Part shown: one piece after another, positions 8,743 to 18,737 of the stretch
Layout of the letters: every line of letters begins with the position of its first letter
How positions within the stretch are numbered: position 1 is the stretch's first letter
Source: Candidatus Rokuibacteriota bacterium
GTDB taxonomy: Bacteria; Methylomirabilota; Methylomirabilia; Rokubacteriales; DASRDR01
Direction: 5' to 3'
Length of the DNA: 42,532 nt
NCBI GenBank assembly: GCA_044866005.1
Contig: JBIOTN010000129.1
Span: 1 to 42,532, forward strand
Translations under genes and position numbers: made by a program
The notes under the pieces: generated by a model
Told to the model about the DNA's origin: nothing
What the model saw: only the letters and a program-made list of their open reading frames with translations
Databases searched by the model: none

Positions 8743-9962
8743 TGCGTCGCAGCGTTCCGTTCGCGCTCACCCTCCTGCTCCTGGCCTTCCCCGCCGCGGC
8801 GCAGGAGCCGGTCCGCATCGGGTTCCTCACGATCCTGACCGGCGCGCTCGCCCAGCCGGGCAAGGAGATGGAAAACGGCATCCGGCTCTTCCTGGACGAG
8901 CACCGGAGCGCCCTGAGCGGTCGTCCCGTCGAGCTCACGGTGCTCGATACGGGCGGATCGCCGGCCGGGGCCCTCGCCAAGGCGCGGGAGCTGGTGGAGC
9001 ACCGCAAGGTCCATGTCCTGATCGGCCCCTTGCCGGCCTTCGAGGCGTACGCCATCGCGCCCTACGTGAACCAGCAGCGCGTGCCGACCATCTCGCCGAG
9101 CGCGGCCGCCGACGATCTCACCCAGCGCAAGGCCAGCCCGTTCTTCGTGCGCGTGACCTCGACCTCGAGCCAGGCGACCCAGCCCTTCGGCACCTACGCG
9201 GCCAGGACCCTCGGCTACAAGAAGGTGGCGACCATTGCCGACGACTTCGCCTTCGGCCACGAGGTCGTCGCGGGTTTTCACAAGGCGTTCGAGGACGCGG
9301 GCGGTCAGGTGGTCCAGAAGCTCTGGCCCAAGCTGGGCACCGCCGACCAGGGCCCGTACATCGGTCAGCTCCGCAAGGACGTCGACGCCGTCTTCATCGG
9401 CTTCGCCGGCGTCGCGGCGCTCCGGTTCCTGAAGCAGTTCGAGGACGCGGGGCTCAAGGGCAAGATCCCCGTGCTCGCGAACCAGACCGCGGTGGACGAG
9501 GCGCTCCTGCGCAACATGGGCGACGAGGCGGTCGGCGTCGTCTCGACCATGCACTACAGCGCGGCCCTCGACAGTCCGGCGAACCGGCGGTTCGTGACCG
9601 CGTACCGGAAGGCCTACGGGGCCGATCCCGGCTACTACTCGGTGGGGGCTTACACGGCCGGCCTCTTTCTCAAGCAGGCGCTCGACGGCGTGGGCGGCAA
9701 GGTCGAGGACACCGACAACTTCCTGAAAGCGCTCCGGGCCGTGTCGATCGCGGACGCGCCGGGGGGGCCCATCCGGCTCGACAAGTACGGCCAGGCCGTT
9801 CACCACATCTACATCCGACGCGTCGAGCGGAAGGACGGCCGGCTCCAGAACAGCGTGATCCAGACGCTGGAGAACGTGAGCCAGTTCTGGACCTACCCGG
9901 AGGCGGAGTTCCTCAAGCAGCCGCCGTACTCGCGCGACCACCCGCCCTGCCGGTTCTGCTGA
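8739..9962 (+). CDS. Branched-chain amino acid-type ABC substrate-binding protein (LivK/Peripla_BP_6)
   Basis: Signal peptide, VRIGFLTILTGALAQPG, SGRPVELTVLD, DDFAFGHE; ATGA overlap with the upstream stop. Confidence 0.9.
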   Translation: MMRRSVPFALTLLLLAFPAAAQEPVRIGFLTILTGALAQPGKEMENGIRLFLDEHRSALSGRPVELTVLDTGGSPAGALAKARELVEHRKVHVLIGPLPAFEAYAIAPYVNQQRVPTISPSAAADDLTQRKASPFFVRVTSTSSQATQPFGTYAARTLGYKKVATIADDFAFGHEVVAGFHKAFEDAGGQVVQKLWPKLGTADQGPYIGQLRKDVDAVFIGFAGVAALRFLKQFEDAGLKGKIPVLANQTAVDEALLRNMGDEAVGVVSTMHYSAALDSPANRRFVTAYRKAYGADPGYYSVGAYTAGLFLKQALDGVGGKVEDTDNFLKALRAVSIADAPGGPIRLDKYGQAVHHIYIRRVERKDGRLQNSVIQTLENVSQFWTYPEAEFLKQPPYSRDHPPCRFC

Positions 9963-10048
9963 GCCCCGGCGCCCGAGGCGCGGCGGGCCGGGCCTCGCGC
10001 GGCGCGCCCCGCGCGGGCAGGGGCGGGAGGGAGCCGCGCCCGCCGCGC

Positions 10049-11053
10049 TCAGTCGTGGTCGGGCACGCGCGGCAGCGCCCTGAACGCCTCCTGGAGGATC
10101 GGCACGGCGACGTAGTCCTCGAACTTCGGCCGCTCCTCGGGCTTGATGTTCCCCACCTGGACCATCCGGTTGATGGTGTACTCGACCTTCTCGCGCGGCA
10201 GCCCGTCGTTCTGCGCCCAGACCTTGCCGCGGACCAGCTCGTCGTAGGCCTCCGCGGCGACCTCGCGGGGGATCTTCGCGTGCTTCATCGCGATCTCGAC
10301 CGTCCGGGCCTTGTTCGCGTACATGAAGCGGTTCGCCTTGCCGAGCGCCCGCACCAGGGCCTGGTACCGGGCGGGCTCGGCCTGGAGCTTCTTCTCCTGC
10401 GCCACCACGACCAGGAAGAGCTGGTTCGGCTCGAGCTCCCAGAACTTCACGAGCGGGTGGAGCGACGCCTCCTTCTGGCGCGCCAGGATCATCTGGTCGA
10501 TGTGGAGGATGGCGGTGTCGATGGCGCCGGCGAGCAGCGGCGGCACGTCCGCCGAGGCGATGGGGACGAACGTCACCTCTTCCGGCTTGATCCCCGCCTT
10601 CCGCAGGACCATCCGGCTCAGGATGTCGGCGAACCCGCCGACCTCCTGGACCCCGAGCTTCTTGCCCTTGAGGTCCTCCGGCGTCTTGATGTTCGCGCGG
10701 ACCGTCATCGTCGAGGCGAACCGCGGCGCCATCCCGTAGATCGCTTTCACCCCCGCCTTCCGGGCGACCGAGACCGCGAGCGACGCGCCGACCCCGCTGC
10801 CGGCGTCGAGCGCGCCGCTCACGACGTTGCGGATCACGTAGACCCCGCCCTCGAACGTGGCGAGCTCCACGTCCAGGCCTTCCTCGGCGAAGAAGCCCTG
10901 CTCCTTCGCGACCCAGGGGGTGATGTGGACGAGGTTCGGCGGCGTCGTCGGCATCCCGAAGCTGAGCTTCGTCGCCGCCGTCGCGGGCTCTCCCCACGCC
11001 ACGGCGCCGCCGAGAAGGAACGCCAACAGCGAGGTGAGCCACCGCGTGGTCAT
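10049..11053 (-). CDS. ABC substrate-binding protein, NMT1/SsuA-like
   Basis: Signal peptide from ATG 11053 (GGGAGG RBS), VAKEQGFFAEEGLDVE, DLKGKKLGV. Confidence 0.85.
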   Translation of the reverse strand: MTTRWLTSLLAFLLGGAVAWGEPATAATKLSFGMPTTPPNLVHITPWVAKEQGFFAEEGLDVELATFEGGVYVIRNVVSGALDAGSGVGASLAVSVARKAGVKAIYGMAPRFASTMTVRANIKTPEDLKGKKLGVQEVGGFADILSRMVLRKAGIKPEEVTFVPIASADVPPLLAGAIDTAILHIDQMILARQKEASLHPLVKFWELEPNQLFLVVVAQEKKLQAEPARYQALVRALGKANRFMYANKARTVEIAMKHAKIPREVAAEAYDELVRGKVWAQNDGLPREKVEYTINRMVQVGNIKPEERPKFEDYVAVPILQEAFRALPRVPDHD

Positions 11054-11240
11054 GCTGCGCCTCCCTGCCGGCGCGCGCCGCCGGCATGGCTCGTCCCTGC
11101 CGGGCCGCCGAGCCGGGGTCGCCGCCAAGTCGCGCCAGATGCGGCTGAACTCGCTAAGTCCTCTTAACCCCTCTGGGTTGCGTACCGTAAGCATATGGGC
11201 AATAGTGGACTTTGTCGAATCCCGCTGGCCAGCCTGCGCC

Positions 11241-11289
11241 TTGACGCCGGTCACCGGCCCACGTTACACTGAAAATACATTGTATTACA
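11241..11289 (+). promoter_or_regulatory. Toxin-antitoxin operon promoter with putative RHH operator
   Basis: TTGACG-N18-TACACT followed by the inverted repeat AATACA-T-TGTATT (11274-11286), overlapped by TGTA-T-TACA. Confidence 0.65.
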
Positions 11290-11308
11290 AACGAAGGAGG
11301 TGCGCACG

Positions 11309-11596
11309 TTGAGCGCACGAAGACTCATCACCATCTCACTACCGCCCCCGCTCCTCAAAGAGGCCGAGAAGGTCGCCAAAGAGGAGAACCGCACCAGGTC
11401 CGAGCTGCTCCGCGAGGCGCTCCGCTTCTACGTCGACACCAAGGAGGCCCGCCGGCTCGTGACTCGCGAGCGGCTGCTTCCCCTCCTCGATCAAGTGCAG
11501 GCCCGAACCAAGGGCGCGCCGGCTCGGGAGATCCGTAAGATCGTCCGGGAGGCGGTTCGGGCCGTACGCCGTGAGCAGCGGCGCGCGAGCGCATGA
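11309..11596 (+). CDS. Ribbon-helix-helix (CopG/NikR-like) putative antitoxin
   Basis: ITISLPPPLLKEAEKVAKEENRTRSELLREALRFY; GAAGGAGG RBS 8 nt before TTG 11309; ATGA overlap with the PIN gene. Confidence 0.85.
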   Translation: MSARRLITISLPPPLLKEAEKVAKEENRTRSELLREALRFYVDTKEARRLVTRERLLPLLDQVQARTKGAPAREIRKIVREAVRAVRREQRRASA

Positions 11597-12018
11597 GGGC
11601 AGTCCTTGATACGAACGTCATTGTCTCGGCAACGCTCATCCGAGGCGGGAACGAAGACAAGATCATGCGCGCTTGGCAGCGGGGCGCCTTTGACTTGGTG
11701 CTCTCACCCGCAATCCTCGAGGAGATCGGCCGTGTCTTCTACCATGAGAAGATCCTCAAGGCACGCTGGATGACGGAGGCAGAGATCGTCCTCCTGCTCG
11801 AGACCCTCGCTCAAAGAAGTGTCCTTGTGCCGGGAACGATGTCGGTTCGGGCCTGCCGTGTTCCTGAGGATGACAACTTTCTCGCGGCTGCCGTCGAGGG
11901 ACGAGCGCAGTATGTCGTGAGCGGCGACAAGGATCTTCTTGCGCTGAAGCGCTACCGGAGAGTCCGGATCGTGAAGCCTGCCGGATTTCTTCGGGTCCTT
12001 CGGCAAGCTTCAACATAG
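11593..12018 (+). CDS. PIN-domain putative toxin (VapC-like)
   Basis: MRAVLDTNVIVSA, ILEEI, DDNFLAAAVEG and VSGDKDLL motifs. Confidence 0.9.
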   Translation: MRAVLDTNVIVSATLIRGGNEDKIMRAWQRGAFDLVLSPAILEEIGRVFYHEKILKARWMTEAEIVLLLETLAQRSVLVPGTMSVRACRVPEDDNFLAAAVEGRAQYVVSGDKDLLALKRYRRVRIVKPAGFLRVLRQAST

Positions 12019-12200
12019 ATTACGGCAAACGAACCGCCTGCTCTCCCAAATCCTGGATCGCTCTCATCCACGAACTCCCGAGCGGCCGGATACATTACCG
12101 AGATCACCCGCTTGTGGAACCGTTGCTCAACAGAGTTTTCACGACGCACCGGTAGAGCCGCTGTTCTACCTCGGCATTCCGGCTCCTCATCCCACTCTTG

Positions 12201-13511
12201 CTAATAGCGGTTGGCGATGGGCAGCTTGTCGGCCGGGAAGAGGGTGATGACCTGGGCCCCGCCCGGCGTGACGACGACCTCTTCCTCGATCCGCGCCGCC
12301 GAGACGCCGTCGGTCGCGGGGCAGTAGGTCTCGACGGCGAAGAGCATCCCCGCCTCGAGCTCCATCGGGTCGTCGAACGAGTTCAGACGGCTGATGATGG
12401 GCCGCTCGTGCAGGCCGAGCCCGATGCCGTGGCAGAAGTTGAGGCCGAAGGCCGCCATCTCGCTCTCGAAGCCGATATCCTGGGCCTTGGGGAACGCCCG
12501 CGCGATCCGGTCGGTGGTGATGCCGGGCTTGATGAGCGCGATCGCCTCGTCCATCCACTGGCGCGCCTTCCGGTAGGCGTCCACCTGGGCGCGCGTCGCG
12601 CGCCCCACGTTGAAGGTGCGGTAGTAGCACGTCCGGTAGCCGGTGAACGACATGATGATGTCGAAGAAGGCCTGGTCGCCGGGGCGGATCAGCCGGTCGG
12701 TGAAGTTGTGGGGGTGCGGGCTGCAGCGCTCGCCCGAGATCGAGTTGATGGCCTCGACGCAGTCGGCGCCCATCTCGTAGAGGCGCTTGGTGGCGAGCGC
12801 GACGATCTCGTTCTCGCGCACGCCCGGCTTGAGCGCCTCGTAGATGTCCTGGTAGACGCCGTCCACCATGGACGCGGCCATGTTGAGCAGCGTCAGCTCG
12901 TCCTGGCTCTTGATCATCCGCGCCTCCAGCATGACCTGCTGGGCGTCGCGGACCTCCACGCCCTGCTCCTGGAGGGCGAAGAGGAACGGGGGCTCCACCA
13001 CGTCGATGCCGAGCGGCATGCCCAGGACCCCGTCGGCCTTCAGGATGTCCCGGATCTCCTGAGCGGCCTGCTTGAAGAGCCCGGCCTTCGGCGAGACCGC
13101 GCCCCGGAGGCCCACCATGCCCGCCAGCGACTGCCGCGGCGGGAGCCAGGGCGCGTAGAGCTTGTGGTGCCGCGCCGCGGAGCCGAAGTCCCAGACCCAG
13201 GGCTCGCCCGGGCCGGTCAGGAGACACCAGCGGGTGAGCTTGTCACGCGCCCACTCGCCGATGACCGTGCTCGAGACGTAGCGGATGTTGTGCTGGTCGA
13301 AGACGAGCAGGGCGCCCAGGCCCGATCGCGCGAGCGCCTGGCGGACGCGCCCCAGCCGGTAGGCGTGGAGCCGGGGGAAGTCGACGCGCTCCTCGAAGTC
13401 GACCTGGGTGTGGCCCGGCGCCTGGAGCGGCCGCTCCCAGCGGTGGCGCGGATCGACGGCATCATGCGGGACGGGCTTGGCGCGCGGCGTGGCGGAGCGC
13501 TTGCCGGCCAT
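12201..13511 (-). CDS. M24 family Xaa-Pro peptidase/creatinase-like protein
   Basis: NIRY, ARMIKS, HGIGLGLHERP, AVETY and ARIEEEVVVT motifs; TTGACG-N16-TAGAGT promoter-like sequence upstream. Confidence 0.9.
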   Translation of the reverse strand: MAGKRSATPRAKPVPHDAVDPRHRWERPLQAPGHTQVDFEERVDFPRLHAYRLGRVRQALARSGLGALLVFDQHNIRYVSSTVIGEWARDKLTRWCLLTGPGEPWVWDFGSAARHHKLYAPWLPPRQSLAGMVGLRGAVSPKAGLFKQAAQEIRDILKADGVLGMPLGIDVVEPPFLFALQEQGVEVRDAQQVMLEARMIKSQDELTLLNMAASMVDGVYQDIYEALKPGVRENEIVALATKRLYEMGADCVEAINSISGERCSPHPHNFTDRLIRPGDQAFFDIIMSFTGYRTCYYRTFNVGRATRAQVDAYRKARQWMDEAIALIKPGITTDRIARAFPKAQDIGFESEMAAFGLNFCHGIGLGLHERPIISRLNSFDDPMELEAGMLFAVETYCPATDGVSAARIEEEVVVTPGGAQVITLFPADKLPIANRY

Positions 13512-13711
13512 GGGGCTCTCCTCCTCGCGAATCGCCCTGCGGCGCTACTCTACCGCAGTCCGCGGGGCCGTCAACCGGCTCGCGGACGCGGGCCGGTCGC
13601 CCGCGCCGACGTCCGGCCAGGGCTCCTACTCCCCCCGGCCTTGTGGCCCGCGCGCCATCCCTGCTATGGTGCGGCGGCCCGTGACGGCACCGGGCGAGGA
13701 AGGAGACCCGG

Positions 13712-14149
13712 ATGGCTCGACTCACGCTGACCCAGGCCCAGCAGGTCATCGAGGCCGCGCTCGCGAAGGGCCGCCAGCTCGGCTGCGCGCCGCTCGCCGT
13801 GGCCGTCCTCGACGACGGGGGCCACCTGAAGGCGTTCGCCCGCGAGGACGGGGCCGGCATCCTCCGCCCGCAGATCGCGACGGCGAAGGCCTGGGGCGCG
13901 CTCGGCATGGGGTTCGGCAGCCGCACCCTGGCGAAGCGCGCCACCGACAACCCCGCCTTCTTCGCGGCGCTCTACGCCGCGTCCCAGGGGCGGGTGGTCC
14001 CCGCGGCCGGCGGCGTGCTGGTCAAGGACACGGCCGGCGAGGTGGCCGGCGCCGTCGGCATCTCGGGGGACACCTCCGACAGGGACGAGGCCTGCGCCCT
14101 GGCCGGCATCGCCGCGGCCGGCCTCACCGCGGAGCCGGGCGCGGCCTGA
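13712..14149 (+). CDS. GlcG/HbpS family heme-binding protein
   Basis: AVAVLDDGGHL, IATAKAWGA, GGVLV and GAVGISGDTSDRDEACA motifs; AAGGAG RBS. Confidence 0.9.
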   Translation: MARLTLTQAQQVIEAALAKGRQLGCAPLAVAVLDDGGHLKAFAREDGAGILRPQIATAKAWGALGMGFGSRTLAKRATDNPAFFAALYAASQGRVVPAAGGVLVKDTAGEVAGAVGISGDTSDRDEACALAGIAAAGLTAEPGAA

Positions 14150-14177
14150 GCCGCCCCGGCCGCCCTTCCCGTTGATG

Positions 14178-14194
14178 GTTGACGCGCGTAAACT
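14178..14194 (+). promoter_or_regulatory. Putative MarR operator overlapping the -10 box of the RND operon
   Basis: Near-palindrome GTTGACGCGCGTAAAC overlapping TAAACT; in-frame GTG 7 nt downstream. Confidence 0.5.
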
Positions 14195-14201
14195 GTTTCC
14201 C

Positions 14202-15437
14202 GTGCCCACACGCGCGCGGCGAGCCGCGGCGATCGTCCTCTGGTGCGTGGCCGTGCTCCTGGCGGGGGCCGCGTGCGAGCGCCGGGACCCGGCCGCGCAG
14301 CCGAAAGCCGGCACGGGGAAGGCCGGCGCCGCCGCGCCGCAAGCGCCCCGGCCCGTGCGGGTCGTGGCGGCAGCGGAAGGGCGGCTGCCGCGCGTGGTGG
14401 TCGTGACGGGCACCCTCGCCGCCGACGAGGAGATCACCGTCGGCTTCAAGGTCGCCGGGCGCATCGCGGAGATCCCCATCGACCTCGGCAGCCGGGTCCG
14501 CCGCGGCCAGGTCCTCGCCCGACTGGACCCGACGGACTTCCGCCATCGCGTGGAGCAGACCGAGGCCGCGCTCCGCCAGGCGCGGGCGCGCCTGGGCCTC
14601 GGGCCCGAGGGCGCCGACGACCGCCTGGACCCCGAGCAGACCGCGGTGGTCCGGGAGGCGCGCGCGGTCCTGGACGAGGCCCGCCTGACCCGCGACCGCA
14701 TGACGAAGCTCTGGGAGCAGGAGCTGATCCCGCGCGCCCAGGCGGATGCGGCCGTCGCCGCCCTCCTGGTCGCCGAGGGCCGCTACCAGGCCGCCGTCGA
14801 GGAGGTCCGGAACCGCCAGGCCCTGCTCGCCGAGCGACGCTCGGAGCTGGCGCTGGCGCGACAGCAGCTGGCCGACACCGTGGTCCACGCGCCCATCGAC
14901 GGCGCCGTGCGCGAGCGCCGGACGTCGGTCGGCGAGTTCCTGGCGGCCGGGGCCCCCGTGGCCGTGCTGGTCCGGGTGCATCCGCTGCGGCTGCGCGTCG
15001 CGGTGCCGGACCGCGAGGCCCCGGAAATCCGCGTCGGGCAGCCCGTCCGCGTCCGGGTCGATGGGGAACCCACGGAGCACGCGGGCCGCGTCGTCCGGAC
15101 GAGCCCGGTCATCCAGGAGCAGAGCCGCACGCTGACGGTCGAGGCCGAGGTGGCGAACCTCGAGGCGCGGCTGCGCCCCGGCACGTTCGCGCGCGCCGAG
15201 ATCGTCGTGGAGGCGGCGCACTCCGCCGTCCTCGTGCCGGCCTCCGCCCTGGTGACCTTCGCCGGCATCGAGAAGGTGCTCGGCGTCGACGGGGAGCGCG
15301 CCGTGGAAAAGCGCGTCCGGACCGGACGGCGCGTGGGCGACCGCGTGGAGATCCTCGAGGGGCTCGCCGCCGGCGAGCCGGTCGTCGTGGAGCCGGGCAA
15401 CCTCACCGGCGGCCAGCCGGTCACCGTCATCCGGTAG
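14202..15437 (+). CDS. RND efflux periplasmic adaptor (membrane fusion protein), probable lipoprotein
   Basis: VTGTL, KVAGRIAEI, GSRVRRGQVLARLD, APIDG and LRPGTFARA motifs; LAGAAC lipobox-like segment; start taken at GTG 14202. Confidence 0.9.
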   Translation: MPTRARRAAAIVLWCVAVLLAGAACERRDPAAQPKAGTGKAGAAAPQAPRPVRVVAAAEGRLPRVVVVTGTLAADEEITVGFKVAGRIAEIPIDLGSRVRRGQVLARLDPTDFRHRVEQTEAALRQARARLGLGPEGADDRLDPEQTAVVREARAVLDEARLTRDRMTKLWEQELIPRAQADAAVAALLVAEGRYQAAVEEVRNRQALLAERRSELALARQQLADTVVHAPIDGAVRERRTSVGEFLAAGAPVAVLVRVHPLRLRVAVPDREAPEIRVGQPVRVRVDGEPTEHAGRVVRTSPVIQEQSRTLTVEAEVANLEARLRPGTFARAEIVVEAAHSAVLVPASALVTFAGIEKVLGVDGERAVEKRVRTGRRVGDRVEILEGLAAGEPVVVEPGNLTGGQPVTVIR

Positions 15438-15443
15438 CGGCAC

Positions 15444-18400
15444 GTGCAAAAGCTCGCCGAGGTCTGCATCCGCCGGCCCGTCTTCGCGGCGATGATCGTC
15501 CTCGCGCTCGTCGTCGTGGGTGCGGCCAGCTACTCCCGGCTCGGCGTCGACCGCTTCCCCTCCGTGGACCTGCCGACCGTGTCCGTCCGCACGCAGCTGA
15601 CCGGCGCCTCGACGGAAGAGATGGAGAGCGAGATCTCCAGGCGGATCGAGGAGGCCGTCAACACCGTCGAGGGGATCGACGAGCTGCGGTCCATCTCCGG
15701 CCCCGGCAGCTCGGTCGTCATCATCACCTTCAACCTGAACCGGGACATCGAGGCGGCCGCGCAGGACGTCCGGGACCGCGTCCAGACGGTACTCCGTGAC
15801 CTCCCCGACGATGCGACGCCGCCGATCGTGTCCAAGTTCGACAACGACGCGCAGCCGGTCCTGACCGTCGCCCTGGCCGGCGACCGCGCCATCCGCGAGC
15901 TCACCGAAGTGGCGGAGCGGCTCGTGAAGATCCGCCTGGAGCGCTCCGCGGGCGTCGGCGAGGTGCGGATCATCGGCGGGCTGGAGCGCGCGATCAACGT
16001 GTGGGTGGAGGCGGACCGGCTGGCCGCCTACCGGCTGCCGATCACCGCCGTGCGCGACGCGATCGTCCGCCAGAACGCCGACGCGCCGGGCGGCAACGTG
16101 ACGCGCGGGGGCGGCGAGGAGACGCTGCGGACGATCGGGCGGCTGGCCGACCCGCGCGCCTTCGAGGAGCTGGTCGTGGCGACGATCAACGGCGCGACCA
16201 TCCGCGTCCGTGACGTCGCCACGGTGGCGGACGGGACGAAGGAGCAGCGCTCGACCGCGCGGCTCGACGGCGTCCCCACCGTGGTCCTCGAGGTGCGGCG
16301 GCAGTCCAAGGCCAACACGGTCGCCGTCATCGAGGGCGTCAAGCGGAGCCTGGCCGAGGTCGGCCGCGAGCTGCCCTCGGGGATGGCGCTCACCGTGATC
16401 CAGGACCAGTCCCGCTACATCTACGCCGCCCTCCACGAGATCAACGTCCACCTGATCCTGGGCAGCATCCTCGCCTCGCTGGTCGTCCTCGCCTTCATGC
16501 GGAGCTGGCGCTCGACGATCATCGCCGCGGTGGCGATCCCGGCCTCCGTGATCTCGACCTTCGGCATGATGTGGGCGCTCGACTTCACGCTCAACAGCGT
16601 GACGATGCTGGCGCTCGTCCTCATGGTCGGGATCGTGATCGACGACGCGATCGTCGTCCTGGAGAACATCTTCCGGTTCATCGAGGAGAAGCGCATGCCG
16701 CCGTTCGAGGCGGCGCGGGCGGCGACGGCCGAGATCGGGCTGGCCGTGATGGCCACGACGTTCTCGCTCGTGGTGATCTTCATCCCCGTGTCGTTCATGT
16801 CGAGCATCTCGGGCCGCTTTCTCTACCAGTTCGGCATCACCGCGGCCGTGGCCGTCCTGGTGAGCCTGCTCGTCTCCTTCACCCTCACCCCCATGATGAG
16901 CGCCCGGCTGCTCCGGGCCGACGCGTCGCCGGGCGGCGGGCACGGGGCGGCGGCCCGCTCCCGGGCCGGCTTCTACGGCTGGCTCGACCGGGGGTACGCA
17001 CGGGCCCTCGCCTTCTCGCTCCGTCACCGCCTGCTGGTGCTGGTCCTCGCGGCGGCCGTCGCCCTGTCCGCGATTCCCCTCTACGCCGTCATCCGGCAGG
17101 ACTACCTGCCCGGCAACGTCGACGAGGGCGAGTTCAACGTCTCCGTGAGCGCGCCCCAGGGGCGGAGCCTGGCCGCCATGGACGAGATCATGCGCGCGAT
17201 CGAGGGGGAGCTGCGCGCGGTCCCCGGCGTGCGGGTCGTGCTGGCCTCGGCGGGGGGCGGGTTCCTGGGCGGGGTCAACGAGGGGCGGATCTACGTGCGG
17301 CTGGCCCCGCATGCGGAGCGGGTCTTCTCGATCGGGCGGTTCGTCCGGAGCCTGGCGGCCGGGGACCCGGGGGCGGCGTTCCGGGGCAATCACACGCAGG
17401 CCGAGGTCATGCAGGAGGTCCGCCGGCGGGTCCGCAAGCACCGTGACGTGCGGATCGCCGTCCGGAACCCGACGGGGTTCAACATCGGCGGGGGGAGCTT
17501 CGAGGTGGACTTCGTCCTGCGCGGGCCGGACCTGGTCGCGCTCGCGACCTACGCCGAGCGCTTGCGCGAGCGCGGCGAGTCCCTCGGGCTGGTGGATGCC
17601 GACACCACGCTCAAGCTCGACAAGCCCGAGCTCCGGGTCCAGATCGACCGGGCCCGGGCCGCCGACCTCGGCGTGGACCCCGAGCGCATCGGCACGGCGG
17701 TCCGGCTGATGGTGGGCGGCGACGAGGAGGTCTCGCGGTTCCGGGACCACGCGGTCAACGAAGACTACGACGTCCAGCTCCGCCTGCGGGAGGAGGACCG
17801 GAGCGAGGCCGATCCGATCGGACGGCTCTACGTGGCCCGAGACGGCGGCGGCCTGGTCCGCCTGGACAGCGTCGCGCGGATCGAACGGGTGCAGAGCGCC
17901 TCGCGGATCGATCGACTCGACCGGCAGCGCGAGGTCCGCCTCCGCGCCTCGATCGCGCCCGGCTATGCGCTGGCGGACCGCCTGGAGGCCCTCCGCGCGG
18001 CGGTGGGCGCGATGGAGCTCCCGGCCGGCTACACCACCCGGGTCTCCGGCCGCGGCCGGGAGCTGGAGCGGACGTTCGGGGAGTTCCTGTGGGCGCTGGC
18101 GCTGTCGATCGTGTTCATGTACATGATCCTGGCCGCCCAGTTCGAGAACCTGGTCCATCCCTTCACCATCCTGCTCTCGCTGCCGCTCACCGTGCCGTTC
18201 GCGCTCCTCTCGCTGTGGCTCGGCGGCCACACGCTCAACCTCTACTCGGCGCTCGGCGTGCTCGTCCTCTTCGGCGTGGTCAAGAAGAACGCGATCCTCC
18301 AGATCGACCACATGAACGGCTTGCGCGCCGCGGGGCTCCCGCGGACGCCCGCGATCCTCCAGGCCAACCGCGACCGGCTCCGGCCGATCCTCATGACCAC

Positions 18401-18737
18401 GCTGACGTTCGTCGCGGGGATGATCCCGCTGGCGCTCGGCACCGGGCCCGGCGCCGGGGAGCGGCGGGTCATCGCGGTGGTCATCATCGGCGGGCAGACC
18501 CTGTCCCTGCTCCTGACCCTGCTGGCGACCCCGGTCGTGTACTCGCTCCTCGACGATCTCGGTGCCCGCCCCCGGGTGTGGCGTCTCGGCCTCCGCCGGC
18601 CGCGGCCCACGACGGCGGACCGCGCGGCGGCGGCGCCGGACCGCACGGGACCCTGGCCCGCCACGGGCCACGGCGACCATGATGGCGACGGCGGTCGGCG
18701 GGCGGACGAGCCCGCCGCGCGGCGGGGCGAACCGTGA
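15444..18737 (+). CDS. RND efflux transporter permease (AcrB/MdtB-like, HAE1)
   Basis: 1097 aa; IRRPVFA, GIVIDDAIVVLEN, GVVKKNAIL and RLRPILMTT motifs. Confidence 0.95.
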   Translation: MQKLAEVCIRRPVFAAMIVLALVVVGAASYSRLGVDRFPSVDLPTVSVRTQLTGASTEEMESEISRRIEEAVNTVEGIDELRSISGPGSSVVIITFNLNRDIEAAAQDVRDRVQTVLRDLPDDATPPIVSKFDNDAQPVLTVALAGDRAIRELTEVAERLVKIRLERSAGVGEVRIIGGLERAINVWVEADRLAAYRLPITAVRDAIVRQNADAPGGNVTRGGGEETLRTIGRLADPRAFEELVVATINGATIRVRDVATVADGTKEQRSTARLDGVPTVVLEVRRQSKANTVAVIEGVKRSLAEVGRELPSGMALTVIQDQSRYIYAALHEINVHLILGSILASLVVLAFMRSWRSTIIAAVAIPASVISTFGMMWALDFTLNSVTMLALVLMVGIVIDDAIVVLENIFRFIEEKRMPPFEAARAATAEIGLAVMATTFSLVVIFIPVSFMSSISGRFLYQFGITAAVAVLVSLLVSFTLTPMMSARLLRADASPGGGHGAAARSRAGFYGWLDRGYARALAFSLRHRLLVLVLAAAVALSAIPLYAVIRQDYLPGNVDEGEFNVSVSAPQGRSLAAMDEIMRAIEGELRAVPGVRVVLASAGGGFLGGVNEGRIYVRLAPHAERVFSIGRFVRSLAAGDPGAAFRGNHTQAEVMQEVRRRVRKHRDVRIAVRNPTGFNIGGGSFEVDFVLRGPDLVALATYAERLRERGESLGLVDADTTLKLDKPELRVQIDRARAADLGVDPERIGTAVRLMVGGDEEVSRFRDHAVNEDYDVQLRLREEDRSEADPIGRLYVARDGGGLVRLDSVARIERVQSASRIDRLDRQREVRLRASIAPGYALADRLEALRAAVGAMELPAGYTTRVSGRGRELERTFGEFLWALALSIVFMYMILAAQFENLVHPFTILLSLPLTVPFALLSLWLGGHTLNLYSALGVLVLFGVVKKNAILQIDHMNGLRAAGLPRTPAILQANRDRLRPILMTTLTFVAGMIPLALGTGPGAGERRVIAVVIIGGQTLSLLLTLLATPVVYSLLDDLGARPRVWRLGLRRPRPTTADRAAAAPDRTGPWPATGHGDHDGDGGRRADEPAARRGEP

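Noticed and set aside
9948..9997. The SBP ends CRFC-TGA followed by a hairpin with a CGGG loop at about +22, a possible third Sec site
   Set aside because: The protein already appears complete. Read-through gives Ala/Arg/Gly low-complexity sequence running antisense into the next gene, and the hairpin is explained by its position between convergent genes. It also shows that such hairpins can arise by chance at this GC content.
11054..11240. AT-richer leader upstream of the NMT1-like SBP, considered as a possible riboswitch
   Set aside because: I could not recognise TPP, SAM, FMN or cobalamin consensus motifs; an Rfam cmscan would be needed to settle it.
14124..18680. 1518-aa minus-strand ORF and other very long shadow ORFs (e.g. 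25090-29349, 8538-11087, 26621-29173)
   Set aside because: These are antisense or alternative-frame shadows of real genes caused by high GC and stop-codon scarcity; they are Arg/Pro/Gly-rich with no motifs.
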